The position numbers were made by a program, and so were the translations under genes. The notes beneath the pieces are model-generated. The model searched no databases. It saw only the letters and a list, made by a program, of their open reading frames with translations, and had not been told where the DNA came from. A DNA stretch of 64,000 bases. It comes from an uncultured virus (IMG/VR IMGVR_UViG_3300032562_000006). Its lineage: Duplodnaviria; Heunggongvirae; Uroviricota; Caudoviricetes. This document shows positions 46,601 to 56,230 of the stretch, in pieces; the first letter of the stretch is position 1; every line of letters starts with the position of its first letter. Location of the stretch: the IMG/VR virus record IMGVR_UViG_3300032562_000006. One strand, 5' to 3'.

Positions 46601-47883
46601 CGGCGTCACGAATCGCCGCGCATTACCAGACTGGAGAGTTCGGCTGGTCAGGGGTGAGTGCAGGACAGCGATTCGCGCAGATCCTCGACTGGGCGCAGCT
46701 GGGTCTGCGACGCGGCGGATACCTGAAAAGCGGAGCCACGGGGGTTGCCGAAATCACTCAAGTAGGACCAGCCTACCAGCTGAATGGCTCGACCGCAAGT
46801 GATGCGATCAACGCGGTTGCGCAAGGTGAAGGAGGGCAGTATTACGTCAAAGCGGACGGCACCATCACCTACCTGGAAAGAACTGCTGCCTATAACCTGA
46901 CTGCGCAGGCCGTGCTTGGTGACAATGCGACGTCTGCTCCGGATATCGCCAACCCGAATCCGGAAATTAACATCAACAACGGCGTCGGCTGGTCAGCTAC
47001 CGGTGCCGGGTCTGTTACCTACGAATCAGGAATGACATACGGCCCGCTGGGCACTCTGCTGTTCCAGCCGGGGACAGCCGTCAGCACCCTGGCGGTATCC
47101 CCGTTCGGGCCGGTGACAGCCGGAGGTACCTACACGACCGGAGCCTGGGTCTTTTCCGCTGCGGGCGGGACAGTAGCGGCGGGCGGCATCGTGTGGAATG
47201 CGGGCAGCACTGTCGGCACCACTACCGTGATCCCGCCGTCATCCTGGACCTACATCCAGTCGGCTTGCACAGTGCCAGCCGGGGTGACGCGGGCCGGAGC
47301 AGCAGTTTACTCGGGTACGTCCCCGCTGTACATCGCGACGGGTGCGCTCATCCAGGTGAGCCCGGAAGTGCCTTATGAAAAAGAAACTGAGTTTGACTTC
47401 GACAACTCGTACCTGTACAATGAGGTGACCGCGACGCTGGAGAGCGGCCCTAACCAGCTGACCGTGTACGATGACCGAAATCTCGCTTCTGAGCAGCAGT
47501 ATTTCCGGAGATCCGCGCTGAGCTTCAGCTCGAATGTGGTGTCCCCGTACGACGTGTCGGACGTGACCACCTGGTCCATCGCCGAGTTCGCGCAGCCGTC
47601 CATCCACGTGGCTGCTATCAAGATCGAGGCGTCCGCTAACCCGGTTATCGCTTTCCCGGTGATCCTGAACCTGGACATCGGTGATATCGTGCAGGTGAAC
47701 CGGCGGCCGGTGGGAGGAGCGATGATATCGGAACTCGGCATCATCGAGCGCATCTCGTATGATATCGGGTCGCGCTACTTCTACGTGACGTACCAGGTAA
47801 GTCCTTACCAGCCGTCGAATAACGTGCTCTGCGCGGACACGACAGGATATGACACACCTGGAACAACGATCCTAGCCTGGTGA
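43627..47883 (+). CDS. minor tail/baseplate hub protein with DUF4082-like, CBM-like and LamG-like domains
   Basis: ANWWIDPEV, RGRQYEL..EAGQMTIYLDNHDGAFTP, FTLEFW...IAAHY. Confidence 0.8.
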   Translation: MTAYTLFSQATPTGGFTTSENEVTIGITFALSQSCTLNAIWWYSPSGATSLPTIGLYEVSGQVLVATLSPAWSGAAGSGWVRGPFVTPPVLTAVTIYKACVYLLAADSLYETDDYWSTGPGASGLSNGPLLAPSASSSSDGQEDYNFAVGISYPGTTYTSANWWIDPEVTPVSTGGNTHIVQQVTGSSAGGYGVGTTAITSTEGNGLVAFIGWNCVTSGSYIGVPSACVSDSTGNLWKQIGISRGGPGITSTTRCAIWATVNAQSVDWVSVGIAGYTASAAWTITEIAGLAQVIDIDYSISANSGGTAPTLTGVASSNDIGFALFASGNSSQALAGPAGWTALTSEVSSTGSASTGMSVYPYWNTGIIAGSVTTNGTFGTVSSYSVVQCALIASVSPPPQYDFRFPLIITEAAFGATPGNASSSLDFTFASEYVPWADISTRVIGDAVAGRISAARGRQYELQQEEAGQMTIYLDNHDGAFTPTNPGSPYYSNALNSNMSFQSGISGWRGVFGASLSQSRAETFASGLNANAQYSMLITPDGVTANTAIFTTVGAPVNQNYTYSFSCWVMCPAGWTTGAAIVITWANSGGDIFSTSGSVSPIPAGVWTQITYTGVTPASGSTLIFFGLEMGGTPPSSTLFYVAEAAVVTGTAVTTGLVALETPMRISCWWQGRQYPLWSGFAERWPQSWPDMPQWGFSQVTATDAIAVAAAGSMYSALIGEVLIDNPYAYLPCNEQYTTATTGATPANLFFYAGSPALTPVDANGQIALNSATNNQAVGVYFDGQTVQVSTGLSINFLGDDGTGMGATGYSSQVTGTRGPSLLYSDPGLPAVAGVSSSLSFTLEFWFSWDGTATQGTTLLSGYSTPSAFIVQNETQNNGACLVVNIVNGGSEALLNVQVGDVSLLAGAVLPSQSPQHCVVQFTGGGSPFFTVWLNGVNDGSSTTIFDFALDAIVLGPGRYSYDCQIQDLVANFYSSFNYAAGHLAVYSYILPASRIAAHYQTGEFGWSGVSAGQRFAQILDWAQLGLRRGGYLKSGATGVAEITQVGPAYQLNGSTASDAINAVAQGEGGQYYVKADGTITYLERTAAYNLTAQAVLGDNATSAPDIANPNPEININNGVGWSATGAGSVTYESGMTYGPLGTLLFQPGTAVSTLAVSPFGPVTAGGTYTTGAWVFSAAGGTVAAGGIVWNAGSTVGTTTVIPPSSWTYIQSACTVPAGVTRAGAAVYSGTSPLYIATGALIQVSPEVPYEKETEFDFDNSYLYNEVTATLESGPNQLTVYDDRNLASEQQYFRRSALSFSSNVVSPYDVSDVTTWSIAEFAQPSIHVAAIKIEASANPVIAFPVILNLDIGDIVQVNRRPVGGAMISELGIIERISYDIGSRYFYVTYQVSPYQPSNNVLCADTTGYDTPGTTILAW

Positions 47884-47884
47884 G

Positions 47885-49720
47885 GTGAATGACATCCCGA
47901 CACCACCGAGTACATACACTTCCGGTCCGCTGTCCGCACAGCAGCTGAACCTGGACATGTACAGTGCCACTGCCACCATCACGGGCGCGACTGGCATCTT
48001 GTTCCACGCGCACCGGCCGCTGCTGTCGGAGTCCGTGACTGCCAGCGGCACAGCCTATGCTCCTCTTGTTCAGCAGCAGGTAAACGTTTCCGGTATCCAG
48101 GCGTTTACCGTGATAGATAACACTGCCCTGTACGGGGTCGGGGCGGATTCTCCCGGCGTGAACTCCCTGTTCCACTTCCGCAACTTTGTCGGGGCCTCCA
48201 GCGGGGCGCTGGGAGGATACGCCGGACAGTGGCTGACGTGGGGATTCCCGTATACGGAAAATGTCAGCACGCCTCCCGGCGGCGTCGGAGCCGGGGTGTT
48301 CCTGAGCGGAACCGCCTTCGCCAACGGCGTGTTCCAGTACGGCACGACTACGCACAACAACTGCCCGTGGTACCTGGACCTCATCAATCCCGGGTTCGGG
48401 TCCGTCAACACCTGGCAGCCGTCCTTCTGGTGGCTGACGGCAAGCACGCCTATCATTTTCGCTAACGGGAGTGATACCGCCGGGCAGACCACCCGGATGG
48501 GCTGGCTCTGGAATGGAGTGTCTACCGGGGGCGGCACGCTCGGGTCTATCCCAGTTCCGACGACGAGCTGGGGGACGGTTACCTCTGCAGCGCTTAATAC
48601 CACGCTCGGATCCTGCCTGACGCTGCTTAACAACCCGCCCATGCTGCGCGTCACCGCAGCGAGCAGCCAGAATTTCACTACCAGCGGCACCGGAGCTATC
48701 TTGTTCACCGGGGCTCCGAACGTGGACAACTACGGCGGCTGGTCAACAGCTAACAGCATCTACACTGTCCCGCTTCCGGGCTTGTACCTGTTCTGCCCGA
48801 CAGTCGGCTGGGGCACGCAGTCATCAGCGGGCGTTCGCTACTCAGGACTAGAGACGAGATCCGGCGGAACCGGCATCGGTAACTTCTACCAGGGGCCTGT
48901 CTACAAGGCGACTCCCGTCGGGCCGGGGATAACGGGTGTCGGGATGACGGGCACGTCAGTCGTGCGGATACTCAGCCTGGCAAAAAATGACACGGTGCTC
49001 ACCTACGGGCTCCAGAATAGCGGCGGCAACCTGACGCTGCTGCCGTCTTACGGATCCCGGCTTATCGGAGCGTACATGGGACAGGTAGCCGCTACCGGTA
49101 CTGTCTTGACGTATGCAACTCCTAGTACTTCATTCCGCTGGCAGGCGGGTGCGCTGTCCGGCACGGCGCTGACGGCAGCACTCAATCAGCATCTGGGGGC
49201 CGACATCACATTCCTGATGAACAGGCCGTACTTCACCGGATACCAGCTGACGGCGCAAACCGGATTCGGCACGGCTGCGGCCTTTAACAAGGTGACAATA
49301 GACACACTCGGCGCTCCTCCCAACGGCGGTAACGGGGACAACTACGGCGGCTGGGATGCAACTAATCACCGGTACGTGTCTCAGCTGGCGGGCTGGTACC
49401 TGTGCATCGCGGACTTGTATGCCGTGCCGCCCGTCTCCGGCACTGCCGGAGTGCTGACCGCCGGATTCAACGTCAGTTCTAGTGGCAGTATCATCCCGTC
49501 ATCTTCTCCGGATCAGTTCCAGCAGGTCTACTACCCGGTATCTACCGGAGGTCCTCCTCCGGGTGCTACCGCGATCAATCTCTACTACCTGGCTCCGGGG
49601 GAATCCGTTTACCCGTCCCTGCAAGCGCAGAGCTGGGGGGGAGCCTGGGGGACGTACGTATCCACCTCAGCTAGTGCGCAGGTGTACTCGCAGTTCAGTT
49701 GCTTCTGGGTTTCAGCATGA
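47885..49720 (+). CDS. minor tail protein / receptor-binding candidate
   Basis: repeated LxNxP...DNYGGW...GxYL modules. Confidence 0.72.
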   Translation: MNDIPTPPSTYTSGPLSAQQLNLDMYSATATITGATGILFHAHRPLLSESVTASGTAYAPLVQQQVNVSGIQAFTVIDNTALYGVGADSPGVNSLFHFRNFVGASSGALGGYAGQWLTWGFPYTENVSTPPGGVGAGVFLSGTAFANGVFQYGTTTHNNCPWYLDLINPGFGSVNTWQPSFWWLTASTPIIFANGSDTAGQTTRMGWLWNGVSTGGGTLGSIPVPTTSWGTVTSAALNTTLGSCLTLLNNPPMLRVTAASSQNFTTSGTGAILFTGAPNVDNYGGWSTANSIYTVPLPGLYLFCPTVGWGTQSSAGVRYSGLETRSGGTGIGNFYQGPVYKATPVGPGITGVGMTGTSVVRILSLAKNDTVLTYGLQNSGGNLTLLPSYGSRLIGAYMGQVAATGTVLTYATPSTSFRWQAGALSGTALTAALNQHLGADITFLMNRPYFTGYQLTAQTGFGTAAAFNKVTIDTLGAPPNGGNGDNYGGWDATNHRYVSQLAGWYLCIADLYAVPPVSGTAGVLTAGFNVSSSGSIIPSSSPDQFQQVYYPVSTGGPPPGATAINLYYLAPGESVYPSLQAQSWGGAWGTYVSTSASAQVYSQFSCFWVSA

Positions 49721-50013
49721 GCAATCTAGGAGACCCTGTGGTATTTCCAGTTCCAGATGATGACCGCTCGACTAAACATTTCTTTATCATTCCTGTCGTG
49801 CTTATCGTTTTCTGCTTCCTGGCATTTGCCGGCGGTACTGTCGCGTTTGTATCGTGGTCTGTCAGCTCATCCGAGCACAAGTGGTGCTCCGTTATCGACC
49901 TGCTTGACGCGGCTCCGGCTCCGCCGAACGCGAATACATCCAATCCAAGTCGGCAGTACGATGCGCAACTGGCTAGTGACTTCAGCGTGCTCAAGAAGAG
50001 GCTCGGATGCTGA
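49717..50013 (+). CDS. membrane protein (lysis cassette)
   Basis: single transmembrane helix, two Cys in the soluble domain. Confidence 0.6.
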   Translation: MSNLGDPVVFPVPDDDRSTKHFFIIPVVLIVFCFLAFAGGTVAFVSWSVSSSEHKWCSVIDLLDAAPAPPNANTSNPSRQYDAQLASDFSVLKKRLGC

Positions 50014-50381
50014 GCCAGGTTATCCTGGCCGCGATTGCTCAGCCGGGGGCGGGCAGCAGCATCAGCAGCGTTACCGTGTACTACATTCTCGGCAGCGTCG
50101 CTACCGTATTCGGCGTAGCGGGCGGCCTGATGAAGTACTACGGCAAGCAGCGAGAGCGCTGGACGCAAGAAGGCCAGCAACGCGCCGAGCAGGCAGCTGC
50201 GGTCCGGCACAACTCCGACAAGCTGGACGAGAACACGCATGCAGTCTTCAGCCTGACTGCTGAGCTGCGTGAGTTCGTGACGAGCGTGCGGACTGAGCTG
50301 AACGGGCACGAGAACAGGATCGGCATCCTGGAGCGCTTCCGCGAGGACATGCGCAAAGGCGGGAAAGGAGCAGACACGTAA
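50007..50381 (+). CDS. putative holin-like membrane protein
   Basis: transmembrane helix followed by coiled coil, upstream of endolysin. Confidence 0.55.
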   Translation: MLSQVILAAIAQPGAGSSISSVTVYYILGSVATVFGVAGGLMKYYGKQRERWTQEGQQRAEQAAAVRHNSDKLDENTHAVFSLTAELREFVTSVRTELNGHENRIGILERFREDMRKGGKGADT

Positions 50382-50836
50382 TGCTGTTTGAACACGTTCC
50401 GCATCCGCACATCGCCAGGCGGAAGGAACAAGGACCAGTCAGTACCGCTACGGAGCGGGGTGGCGGCCTGAATGCAAGGATCGGGCTGGCGGTTACCACC
50501 GTGGTCGGCACGATGATCTGCGGCTACGTGTTCGCGCTCATCGCACTAGTGTCACTGCCATCGGCTATTACCTCACACAACCTGACGATCATCATCGCCT
50601 GGGTATCATCCAATTTCCTTCAGCTGGTGCTACTGCCCGTCATCATCGTGGGCCAGAACATCCAGGCAAAAACTTCGGACAAGCGTGCTGAGCAGACCTA
50701 CCAGGATGCCGAAGCGGTACTAGCGGAAGCACTAAAGATCCAGCAGCACCTGGCGGTGCAGGATGACATTCTCACGAAGCTGATTGCACGTGAGTACACC
50801 GATGACAAGGAGCACGACTGCCGTGATAATGTATGA
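50381..50836 (+). CDS. DUF1003-like membrane protein
   Basis: two TM helices; FLQLVLLPVIIVGQN...DKRAE. Confidence 0.7.
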   Translation: MLFEHVPHPHIARRKEQGPVSTATERGGGLNARIGLAVTTVVGTMICGYVFALIALVSLPSAITSHNLTIIIAWVSSNFLQLVLLPVIIVGQNIQAKTSDKRAEQTYQDAEAVLAEALKIQQHLAVQDDILTKLIAREYTDDKEHDCRDNV

Positions 50837-51530
50837 TGCAGTGAGCCTGGAAAACATCCCGCTGGACGCTCCGGCAGTGGCGGGGTACGTCAACGGGCAC
50901 TGGCCGACGTTCAGCGACCTGGCTCAGCGTTTCCCGGGTGCCCAGCTGCTCAGCATCACCGTGACGGCAGAAGGAAACGCGAACTGCCTGGATGTTGAAA
51001 ATGGTGACGCCACGGCGGCGCAAGTACCCGGGTGGGTACAGCGGCAGCCGGGCCTAGGGACGCCCAGGCCATGCCTGTACGCGTCTGCAAGCGCTATGGG
51101 TGGGGTACTAGCCGCGCTGCAGGGGGCCGGTATCAGCCTGAGCACCTGCCGATTCTGGAGCGCACACTACACGGGGACAGCACACATCTGCGGTCCGGAC
51201 AGCTGCGGCGCGGTGGACCGGCTGATGGACGGAACGCAGTGGACGGACAGTGCCCTGGGACGTAATCTGGATCAGAGTCTTGTTGACGACGGCTTCTTCG
51301 GAGAGTATGATGAACTCATGACGCAGATCCCCGTGATCCAGCTCGGCAGCACCGGGCAGACCGTGAAGAACTGGCAGGCGCTGCTCATCGCGCGCGAGTA
51401 CAGCCTGACGATGGACGGGGATTTCGGCCCGGACACTGAGGCAGCTACCCGGCAGTTCCAGGGGGCAGAAAAGACTTCCGAGGACGGGATTGTTGGCACG
51501 GCTACGTGGACGGCGGCACTCACCGCGTGA
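50823..51530 (+). CDS. endolysin: glycoside hydrolase (GH25-like barrel) + PG-binding domain
   Basis: LDVENGD, PCLYAS, FWSAHY, TQW, LDQS; GSTG..V..WQ..L...DGDFGPDT...DGIVG..TW. Confidence 0.82.
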   Translation: MIMYDAVSLENIPLDAPAVAGYVNGHWPTFSDLAQRFPGAQLLSITVTAEGNANCLDVENGDATAAQVPGWVQRQPGLGTPRPCLYASASAMGGVLAALQGAGISLSTCRFWSAHYTGTAHICGPDSCGAVDRLMDGTQWTDSALGRNLDQSLVDDGFFGEYDELMTQIPVIQLGSTGQTVKNWQALLIAREYSLTMDGDFGPDTEAATRQFQGAEKTSEDGIVGTATWTAALTA

Positions 51531-52294
51531 TCTGGGACTCGTTCATGTTCGGAGACGAGCTTGACGTGCTTGAGTGCCGCCTCCGTGAGCTGGAAGGCGT
51601 GGACGATCTTGTGCACGTGATTGTCGAGGCAGAGATTGCGCACCGGGGATTCCGGAAGCCGCTGCACTACATGTGGAACCGGGAGCGATTTGCCCCGTGG
51701 GCAGACCGGATCATTCACGTGCACGTGAAGGCGGATGAACTGCCCCGGGGGGATGACCCGTGGAGCCGGGAACTGGCGCAACGTGAGTTCGTTAAGCGCG
51801 GTCTCGCGGATGCCGAGTGGAACGACGTGGTGCTGCACGGGGATTGCGACGAGATTCCCCGGGCGGGCACGCTGCGCGAGATCGTGGGAGCCGGGACGTA
51901 CCCGGTTGTCCTGCAGCAGCGGCTCTGCCAGTATGCCGTGGACTGGGTGCATCCGCTCCCCTGGCATGGTACGATCGTGACGAAGGTGAGAAGCGCTGGC
52001 TCGTTTGCCAGGCTGCGCGGCGTGAGAAACTCCCTCCCTGCTGTGGGCGACGGAGGGAGTCACCTGTCCTGGATGGGCGGGACGGCTGCGCATATCGCGA
52101 AGCTTGACGTGCACTGCCACCTGGAGATGACGAAGGACACGGAAGATGCGCTGCGGTCCGGGGTGTGGCTCCGTGAGGGAATGCACTCCGACGGGCACCG
52201 GCTGGCCGGAGTGGATGTTGACGAGACATGGCCACAGTGGGTCTGGAAGCGGGAATGTCCTGCTTCGTGGTTCAGGCCGAGAGATGAAGAATGA
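51527..52294 (+). CDS. GT17-like glycosyltransferase
   Basis: IWDSFMFGDELDVLECRLREL...VIVEA...KPL...RELAQR...DCDEIP...GSHLSWMG. Confidence 0.8.
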   Translation: MIWDSFMFGDELDVLECRLRELEGVDDLVHVIVEAEIAHRGFRKPLHYMWNRERFAPWADRIIHVHVKADELPRGDDPWSRELAQREFVKRGLADAEWNDVVLHGDCDEIPRAGTLREIVGAGTYPVVLQQRLCQYAVDWVHPLPWHGTIVTKVRSAGSFARLRGVRNSLPAVGDGGSHLSWMGGTAAHIAKLDVHCHLEMTKDTEDALRSGVWLREGMHSDGHRLAGVDVDETWPQWVWKRECPASWFRPRDEE

Positions 52295-52310
52295 ACGGGG
52301 ATGGGATGGA

Positions 52311-53168
52311 ATGCGAGTACTGGTAACAGGCTCGAACGGGTTCATCGGGAAGTACACGGAAGACGCACTCGGCAAGGCGGGGCACACATGCGTGTCATTC
52401 GATGCCTGTGATGACCGGTACGTAGAAAACCGGGCGCAGCTGGACAAGTCGATATCCCGGCAGATTGATGCGGTCATCAATCTCGCCGGGGTGCTGGGCA
52501 CATCAGAACTGTTCGCTAATGGCGGAGAGCATCAGGCGGTAGAATCGAATATCATTGGCGCGCTCAACGTCTACGATGCTGCCGCTCGGGCTGGCATCCC
52601 GGTCGTGCAGGTGGGCACCGGGCACAAAGGGCAGCTGAACCCGTACGCGATCACCAAGGGGGCGGCGGAGGACCTGGGCCTGGCACGCGCTACCTGGCGA
52701 GGCGAGAGAATTACCGTGGTCCGGGCGTACCACGTCTACGGTGCCGGGCAGAAGATGTCCGCTCCGCATGGATCGGGAGGTGTCCGGAAGATATTCCCGT
52801 CGTTTGCCTGCCGGGCACTGACGGGCATGCGGATCGAGATCAACGGTTCCGGTGACCAGATGATTGACCTGGTGCATGCTGCTGACGTGGCAGATGTACT
52901 GGTCGAGGCGATTAACGGCCCGTACGGAACTGTGGTCGAAGCCGGAAGCGGAGTGGCGACCAGGGTGCAGGACGCAGCACTGGACATCATTGAGGCGTGC
53001 AAGTCAAAATCCCGTATCGTGCACGTATCAGGGCGCGCTGGCGAGCCGGAGGGTGCTGTTGTCGTAGCTGAGAATCCAGCCTGTTCTGCTGAGCATGCAT
53101 GGCCGTGGCGCGTACCGGAGACGGTTGCATGGTACCAGGCGCAGCTCGCTGCGAAGGGGATGCTGTGA
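52311..53168 (+). CDS. NAD-dependent sugar epimerase/dehydratase
   Basis: VLVTGSNGFIG, VINLAG, YAITK. Confidence 0.88.
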   Translation: MRVLVTGSNGFIGKYTEDALGKAGHTCVSFDACDDRYVENRAQLDKSISRQIDAVINLAGVLGTSELFANGGEHQAVESNIIGALNVYDAAARAGIPVVQVGTGHKGQLNPYAITKGAAEDLGLARATWRGERITVVRAYHVYGAGQKMSAPHGSGGVRKIFPSFACRALTGMRIEINGSGDQMIDLVHAADVADVLVEAINGPYGTVVEAGSGVATRVQDAALDIIEACKSKSRIVHVSGRAGEPEGAVVVAENPACSAEHAWPWRVPETVAWYQAQLAAKGML

Positions 53169-53920
53169 CTGACGTGACTGAAGCGATCAACTACTCGGAC
53201 ATGGCTGTCGTGCTCACGGCGTGGCGGCGGCCCGGGTACCTGAAGAAGGCGCTGCATTCCTGGACCGGCGTGCGTGATGTGAACAGCCTGGGACGGTTCA
53301 TTGTCTACGCTGACCCGTCTGATAGGCAGGATGAGATTCTCCGGGTGTGCGCGGACAAGCGGGAGCTGCTGCCGCACCTGGAAGCCGAGGTGAATCCGGA
53401 GCACTACGGGGTATCGATGAACCCGGAGTTCTCGATGAAGCGCGGGTTCGAAGCGGGGGCTCGGTTCGTCATCATCGCCGACGACGACATGCTCGTGTCG
53501 GATGACATCCTGCGCTACTTCAAGTGGACAGCCAACAAGTTCAAGGATGATCCAGGAGTAGCGGGGGTGTGCGCGCACACGCCGGAGCCTGCGGATGCGG
53601 GGGCTGCCGAGGATGAGGTGCAGCTGCTGCCGAGGTACCGGTGCTGGATCTGGGGGACTTGGAACGACCGATTTGAGAGCGTGTTCGAGCCGACATGGGA
53701 TAGAGACTACAGCTCGGGTGAGCCAGCAGGATACGATTGGAATTTGGATCTCCGTGTTATCCCTGGTCGTGGGCTCAAGTGCGTATTCCCTCTAGCCTCT
53801 CGCTCGCAGAACATCGGACGCTTTGAAGGTGTGCACGCTGGCCCGGCGGACTACCACAACACCCTGAACCCCTCCTTTAAGGAGAAGCGCGGGACAGCCA
53901 TGTATCGGATGGTGCCATGA
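53165..53920 (+). CDS. GT-A fold glycosyltransferase (GT13/GT2-like)
   Basis: TAWRRPGYL, ADDD (DxD), SRSQNIG..EGVH. Confidence 0.78.
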   Translation: MTDVTEAINYSDMAVVLTAWRRPGYLKKALHSWTGVRDVNSLGRFIVYADPSDRQDEILRVCADKRELLPHLEAEVNPEHYGVSMNPEFSMKRGFEAGARFVIIADDDMLVSDDILRYFKWTANKFKDDPGVAGVCAHTPEPADAGAAEDEVQLLPRYRCWIWGTWNDRFESVFEPTWDRDYSSGEPAGYDWNLDLRVIPGRGLKCVFPLASRSQNIGRFEGVHAGPADYHNTLNPSFKEKRGTAMYRMVP

Positions 53921-54372
53921 AGCGGTTGAACCTTGGTGCCGGATACGACATCCGTACCGGGTGGGTGAACTCGGACATCGCAGAGCTGCCCGGGATCGAT
54001 GTCGTGCACGACCTGGACGTAGCACCGTGGCCGTGGGATAACGCTAGCGTGGATGAGATCCGGGCGATGGATGTCTTCGAGCACGTTAACGACCCCCTGG
54101 TCTTCATGAACCAGGCGGGGCGGGTGCTCAAGCCAGGTGGTGTACTCCGGATTCGATCGCCGCACTGGCGAAGCGAGTCAGCGTACACGGACCCCACACA
54201 TCGCAGGTTCTGTACTGAGCGCACCTGGGACTACTGGGTCAAGAGCACTGAGTACAACCTCAAGTACGGTGCTGCGTACTGCTACTGGGACGTGCTGTTT
54301 GAGAAAGTGAGCCTAGAACTGACAGACGGCGGCTCTAATATCCTCATCGTCCTGCGGAGGATCGAGGCATGA
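53917..54372 (+). CDS. SAM-dependent methyltransferase (glycan-associated type)
   Basis: LNLGAG...WVNSD...VFEH...RVLKPGG...DPTH. Confidence 0.85.
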   Translation: MKRLNLGAGYDIRTGWVNSDIAELPGIDVVHDLDVAPWPWDNASVDEIRAMDVFEHVNDPLVFMNQAGRVLKPGGVLRIRSPHWRSESAYTDPTHRRFCTERTWDYWVKSTEYNLKYGAAYCYWDVLFEKVSLELTDGGSNILIVLRRIEA

Positions 54373-55148
54373 GCCTGAGCGACACCGCGATCGTCATGAC
54401 TGCCTGGAAGCGCCCGCAGTATCTCCGGCGGGTGCTTGAATCGTGGGCAGCTGTCCGGGGCGTGCACGATGTGCGGAGCTTCACCATCGGGCTGGATCCG
54501 TCCGAGCGCCAGCAGAAAATGCTGGATATCGTGCAGCAGGCACGCGACCGGCACGGCCTGAACATCACCGTCATCGAGAATCCGGAGCGGTACGACAACC
54601 TGGGGAATCCGCTGGAGACGGCCCGCGCGGTGTTCGGATCTGATCCCGGGGTGCAGTTCCTTGTGTTTGCTGAGGAAGATCTCATCGTCAGCGATGACGT
54701 TCTCGACTATCTTGCGTGGACGGATGAGCAGTTCCGTGATGACCAGACGGTGCTGATCGCCTGCGCGCACACCGAGGAGGGGGCGTCGTACTGGGCGGAT
54801 CCGCGTGACGTGCACCTGGGGACGCGGTTCCGCTGCTGGATCTGGGCGAGCTGGCGAGATCGGTGGGACACGGTGCTGGAGCCTACCTGGGACAGGACGT
54901 ACTCCACAGGCACTCCGGAGCATCCCGGGTCAGGGTGGGATCACCACATCGATGCCCGGATTATCCCCGGCGGCGGCTACCGGACCGTGCTGCCAGCTGC
55001 GTCTCGCAGTCAGAACATCGGGAAGTTTGAGGGTGTCCACGCATCACCTGGCGAGTACGCGAGCACCCTCAATCCTTCCTTCCGCGAGGTGTACGGGCTG
55101 GTGGACTATCAGCTCTCGAATATCTCGTCGAGTGCTGGTGCCCAGTGA
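54369..55148 (+). CDS. GT-A fold glycosyltransferase, paralog of 53165..53920
   Basis: TAWKRPQYL, AEED, SRSQNIGKFEGVH. Confidence 0.78.
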   Translation: MSLSDTAIVMTAWKRPQYLRRVLESWAAVRGVHDVRSFTIGLDPSERQQKMLDIVQQARDRHGLNITVIENPERYDNLGNPLETARAVFGSDPGVQFLVFAEEDLIVSDDVLDYLAWTDEQFRDDQTVLIACAHTEEGASYWADPRDVHLGTRFRCWIWASWRDRWDTVLEPTWDRTYSTGTPEHPGSGWDHHIDARIIPGGGYRTVLPAASRSQNIGKFEGVHASPGEYASTLNPSFREVYGLVDYQLSNISSSAGAQ

Positions 55149-56227
55149 TCCGTTAGTACCCGGCCGACCGAGTACTTGAGGCCGAACTCCCGGGCCGCGT
55201 CGCGTAGCGACGCGGCCTCTGTGTATGCCTTCTCGTAAGCAGCCGTGATTTCACTGATGTGCGGCTTGCACCACCACGACTGGTGTGCCGCGTTCCAGAA
55301 CGGCTCACCTTCGACGCTCCACCCGGCACCGGTCAGCTCCGGCATGCTGGAGAAGTTGGTAGTGACGACTGGCGTCCCGCACGCTTGCGCCTCGACAATC
55401 GGCAGTCCGAAACCTTCCGCGTGGGACGTGGCAGTCAGGATGTCGGCTGCCCCGTACAGCGCTGCTAGATTCTGGGGCTGGATACGGCCGGTGATGATGC
55501 CGTACTGGTCGCTGAACTTGACCTTGTCCCGGATGCCCAGGTGGTTGACGATGTCCATCAGGTTAAGTGCCTGCGGAGCCTGGGTGAGGGAGTGCACAAG
55601 CAGCAGTGCGTCGGAATGAGTTTCCGAGAACTTCGCGAAAGCGAGGAATTGCTCGGGAAAAGATTTCCGTACTGCATCCTTGTTGGCAGCGTTCATCGCG
55701 ATTACGAACGCATCCTCGGGGATTCCTAGCTCACCGCGCACTCGCTTCCTGTCATCGGGCGGACTGAAGACGGAGGTGTCCACGCCGTGCGGGACGTAGA
55801 GGCTGGAGAATCCTGCGTCTTCCAGCATGTGCTGGCCGAACTTGCTGATGGCGACCGGGATGGAGCCGGACATCTGGAAGTAATGCCGGTCCATGGCGGA
55901 CAAGGGGGCACAGTCGATCGGGGTCCAGTTGGCGACCTTGAACCCCTGTGTCTGGTTGGGGTCAATCACCCAGGCGTCCATGATCGTGAGAATCAGGTCT
56001 GCGCTGACGGCCTTGGCATGTGCCCCGAGAATGTCGTTGCCGTACGGGTCATACCCGGATGGCAGCACCGGGATGCCCTCCCACAGTGAGGGGGCTCCGG
56101 ACAGGCCGTGGAACGAGGCGATGAACACCTCATGCCCTAGGTCCCGGAAGCGCGGTGCCCACATGGCGGTCTGCTGCCCGTATCCTGTGCCTACGAATGG
56201 AGCATTTGAGCTGATCAGAATTTTCAA
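55109..56227 (-). CDS. GT4-like (GT-B) glycosyltransferase
   Basis: TGYGQQ, VPHGVDT, EGFGLPIVEAQACGTPV. Confidence 0.88.
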   Translation of the reverse strand: MKILISSNAPFVGTGYGQQTAMWAPRFRDLGHEVFIASFHGLSGAPSLWEGIPVLPSGYDPYGNDILGAHAKAVSADLILTIMDAWVIDPNQTQGFKVANWTPIDCAPLSAMDRHYFQMSGSIPVAISKFGQHMLEDAGFSSLYVPHGVDTSVFSPPDDRKRVRGELGIPEDAFVIAMNAANKDAVRKSFPEQFLAFAKFSETHSDALLLVHSLTQAPQALNLMDIVNHLGIRDKVKFSDQYGIITGRIQPQNLAALYGAADILTATSHAEGFGLPIVEAQACGTPVVTTNFSSMPELTGAGWSVEGEPFWNAAHQSWWCKPHISEITAAYEKAYTEAASLRDAAREFGLKYSVGRVLTDHWAPALDEIFES

Positions 56228-56230
56228 AAA

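Noticed and set aside
51272..52501. 409-aa minus-strand ORF over endolysin/GT17
   Set aside because: Shadow ORF; the plus strand holds the motif-bearing genes.
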